Below, one piece after another: positions 61,153-64,000 of a DNA stretch of 64,000 nucleotides. The notes beneath the pieces are model-generated. The model was not told the DNA's origin. It was given only the letters and a program-made list of their open reading frames with translations, and did no database searches. The DNA is from Candidatus Ryanbacteria bacterium CG10_big_fil_rev_8_21_14_0_10_43_42 (lineage in GTDB: Bacteria > Patescibacteriota > Minisyncoccia > Ryanbacterales > 2-02-FULL-48-12): the NCBI GenBank assembly GCA_002793915.1, contig PFEF01000005.1, forward strand, positions 7,571-71,570, in the 5' to 3' direction. The position numbers were made by a program, and so were the translations under genes. How positions within the stretch are numbered: position 1 is the stretch's first letter; each line of letters opens with the position of its first letter.

Positions 61153-61184
61153 AAAAACCCCTGCTTTAAAAAGTGGGGTTTTTT
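61153..61184 (+). terminator. Intrinsic terminator
   Basis: AAAAACCCC..GGGGTTTTTT. Confidence 0.7.
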
Positions 61185-61270
61185 GTGTAGAATAATACTT
61201 TCCTATATTTGAGAACGTGATATACTGTTTTTAGAGGGGGGTTAGTAATATAAGACTAATCTCTTTTTTT

Positions 61271-62803
61271 ATGTCTCGATTTGTAATTTCTCTCATAATT
61301 TTTGCATTCCCAGCACTTGTTTCGGCAGATGTTTTTATAAATGAAATCGCTTGGATGGGAAATGGGAACTCGGCAAATGATGAATTTATTGAACTTTATA
61401 ATAATGGTGGAAATACGGTTAATCTTGAAGGATGGTCTCTTGTCGCGGGTGACGGTTCTCCTAATATAGTGCTTTCAGGAACTATTTCTGCAAAGGGATA
61501 TTTTTTATTGGAAAGATCCGACGACGATTCCGTTCCCGGTACTTCGGCAGATATTATATACGCGGGCGCTCTTGGGAATAGCGGCGAACATCTCACGCTC
61601 ATGAACTCAAGCGGTGTTTCTATCGATGCGCTTTCCTATGGAGACGGATGGCCGGCGGGGGACAATACAACAAAGGAAACCATGCAACGCACATCGTCCG
61701 GTGCATGGATAACGGCGGTCCCCACTCCGCGGACGGCGAATATCGTTACCACCGAAGAGAGTAAAGAAGAAACAACGGAACAGAATAATATGTCTTATGA
61801 TGCATCCAATGAATCCGGTAATACAGCATACATTCCCCCCGAAAAATTACCGCACATTACTGTTTATGCGGGGAAGGATAGAACTGTAATTGCGGGAGAA
61901 AGAATATTATTTGACGGATCGGCATTTGGTCTCGAGGGTGAGCATCTTGAAAATGCCCGGTATGTGTGGAGTTTTGGAGATGCGCAGGTGCGTGAGGGAA
62001 AAAAAGTTCCCTATGAATATATGCATCCGGGGTCATATATAGTTCGTCTTACCGTTTCTTCGGGTAAGTTTAGTGCGATAGATGATATGCGTATTACGGT
62101 TGTTGCCGGGGAAATTGCATTAAGTGAAATAAAACCCGGCGCGGATGGGTGGATTGAGATTGTTAATAATGAGTCGAGGGATGTGCATTTGGGGGGATGG
62201 ATACTGAAAACACGTTCATCGCCGGCAACAACGTTTATTCTTCCCTCCGGCATGCTTATTGCAGGGAATAGCCATATTGTATTACTAAATACAACAACGC
62301 ATCTTTCTTTTACGGAGGCGGGTGGATTGGTTACGGCATCCTATCCGAATGGTACAATATTTGACAGCATATCATATGCCATGTACGTTCCGCCCGATAA
62401 GAGTATTTCAAAAGACAATACGTTCATAATGCTTACCAATCCAACGCCGGGTAGGGTAAATGGCATTGATGGCACGGAACAAGACATGAAGATTAGGGAG
62501 GAAAATACGGGAGCCATAAAGTCTAAGGAAAAAAACGAAGAGAAAAATATACAAAGTGTAGAAAACATAAAACAAAACGAGGAGAACAAGAAAATAACAT
62601 CAGAAAAGGAAAATACACAGAGTGAAGAGTTTCGTCCATTATCAGCAACGGTATATGATAGCGGAGGAAGCGGCGGCCCTTTATCCGTTACGTTTCGCTC
62701 CTTACTTATTAGTATGGGAATCGGTGTGGGCGTAGCTATTCTTGCTTTGATTGCGAAGAAACGGCTTCATCCTGATATAACGCGGTTGTCCGGTCAAGCA
62801 TAG
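61271..62803 (+). CDS. Lamin-tail-domain + PKD surface protein with a C-terminal TM
   Basis: INEIAW..DEFIELYN..LEGW; YVWSFGD..Y.HPGSY; second LTD; C-terminal anchor. Confidence 0.85.
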   Translation: MSRFVISLIIFAFPALVSADVFINEIAWMGNGNSANDEFIELYNNGGNTVNLEGWSLVAGDGSPNIVLSGTISAKGYFLLERSDDDSVPGTSADIIYAGALGNSGEHLTLMNSSGVSIDALSYGDGWPAGDNTTKETMQRTSSGAWITAVPTPRTANIVTTEESKEETTEQNNMSYDASNESGNTAYIPPEKLPHITVYAGKDRTVIAGERILFDGSAFGLEGEHLENARYVWSFGDAQVREGKKVPYEYMHPGSYIVRLTVSSGKFSAIDDMRITVVAGEIALSEIKPGADGWIEIVNNESRDVHLGGWILKTRSSPATTFILPSGMLIAGNSHIVLLNTTTHLSFTEAGGLVTASYPNGTIFDSISYAMYVPPDKSISKDNTFIMLTNPTPGRVNGIDGTEQDMKIREENTGAIKSKEKNEEKNIQSVENIKQNEENKKITSEKENTQSEEFRPLSATVYDSGGSGGPLSVTFRSLLISMGIGVGVAILALIAKKRLHPDITRLSGQA

Positions 62804-63914
62804 TATTAAATGAAAACATGTCGCAAACATGCGCATGTAATGTTTTTGCCAAATGTATGCGTAAATCGGGACGCGAGAGAAGGCGTATAAGGGCAAAGGA
62901 AAGATCGGTGGAAGATGCCGGATCTACCAAGAGGCCATGAGTTTCGTGTTCAATAATATCGGGTATCCCGCCGACACGAGACGCAATAACCGGTATTTCT
63001 GCAAGTCCCGCTTCGAGGATGGTATAAGGAAGGCCCTCCTTAAGGGAAGGAAGGACAAATATATCAAATGCTTTCAAGTAGGGTGCGGCGGGAGAGAGGG
63101 AAATAAATAAAACAGACTCTTCTACGCCGAAATCTTTGCTTTTTTTTCTTAAATCCTCCTCATCCTCACCCCAACCTATGAGCACCAATTTTGTTTCCGG
63201 AAATTTTTGAAGAATGTCTCTGTACGCCCGCAGTAGGTATAAGATACCTTTATTTGCCGTCCATTCGGCAATACAGCCAATAACCAAAACGGAAGGATCT
63301 ACGCCGAGTTTTTGGCGGACTTGCTCTCTGGACATAAATTCAGGGGGAATAATACCATTTTGTATAAGCGTAACTTTTTGGGCGGGAGCAATGTTATACG
63401 AAAGTGTTGCCGCTTTATCTTTTTGGGAAATAACGATAAGAACATCCTGAAACCGTGCCGTAAGGCGGCTTGCGAGGCGCCGCAGAAAAAGATCCCACGC
63501 GGGACGATGTTCTAAAAATGCCCAACCATGTACGGTAAATAGTGTTTTTGGCCGGTTCCCCGTAAGAAGTCGGTAGATGAAAACGGCAACTCCCGTAAGA
63601 CCGCCGGCTTTTGAACTGTTTGCATGTACGACGTGAGGGTGAAATTCATATAAAATGGAGAGAAGTTCAAAAAGAGCCCCTATTTCTTTGAAGGGATTTA
63701 CGGATTTCTGAAAATTCTCCACATCAAACGTGGAAATATTGGCGTCTTCGAGTCTTTTGGCAAGATCGCCCGTTCCTCCCAGGGCAACTGCTACATCATA
63801 TGTTTCTATGTCTGCATGAGTCGCGAGATCATATACATATTTACCTGCGCCGCCCCATACCGATTTTGTTATAACGTAAAGAACGCGTATTCTTTTGTGA
63901 GGGTTGTCTTCCAT
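62736..63914 (-). CDS. Glycosyltransferase family 4
   Basis: GGAGKY, SSKAG, FVLPSLKEGLP..LEA..VGGIPDII. Confidence 0.93.
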   Translation of the reverse strand: MEDNPHKRIRVLYVITKSVWGGAGKYVYDLATHADIETYDVAVALGGTGDLAKRLEDANISTFDVENFQKSVNPFKEIGALFELLSILYEFHPHVVHANSSKAGGLTGVAVFIYRLLTGNRPKTLFTVHGWAFLEHRPAWDLFLRRLASRLTARFQDVLIVISQKDKAATLSYNIAPAQKVTLIQNGIIPPEFMSREQVRQKLGVDPSVLVIGCIAEWTANKGILYLLRAYRDILQKFPETKLVLIGWGEDEEDLRKKSKDFGVEESVLFISLSPAAPYLKAFDIFVLPSLKEGLPYTILEAGLAEIPVIASRVGGIPDIIEHETHGLLVDPASSTDLSFALIRLLSRPDLRIHLAKTLHAHVCDMFSFNTMLDRTTALYQDEAVSSQSKQE

Positions 63915-64000
63915 AAATAAATGGTATACTAATCATATCATACACACTTTAGGATAAGGATGGAAAAAAGCAAAAAAGGTATTATTATATTTTCAACGGC

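Noticed and set aside
1-64000. Alternative genetic code 25 (TGA=Gly)
   Set aside because: Long conserved genes translate fully under code 11, and TGA ends ftsZ and ybeY at the expected positions

Overview
Chromosomal segment of a reduced-genome bacterium using the standard code (TGA is a stop, e.g. ftsZ). It is most likely Patescibacteria/CPR (Parcubacteria-like); this is inferred from the tandem VirB2-like pilins, the shortened Mfd, the divergent S21, SD-poor A-rich gene starts and the large PG-binding surface proteins. The housekeeping backbone is gyrA, rpsA, mfd-like, pth, lepB, hisS, HIT, rpsU, yqeY, ybeY, ftsA, ftsZ, rnpB, murJ, lepA, ftsB-like, prfB, ftsEX and tRNA-Gly/Thr/Gln. Accessory and envelope regions are: a pilin array with a pilin-lysozyme fusion and an 8x Cys-repeat protein (1-8.9 kb); a block after tRNA-Gln with an unannotated ~400-nt highly structured RNA candidate and a Cys/His-rich DsbA operon (36.2-40.5 kb); a repair/redox cluster (46-52 kb); and an S-layer-like surface protein cluster with a long structured leader (54-63 kb). 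No CRISPR array, integrase or transposase was seen. All calls come from reading motifs by eye; no searches or folding programs were run.
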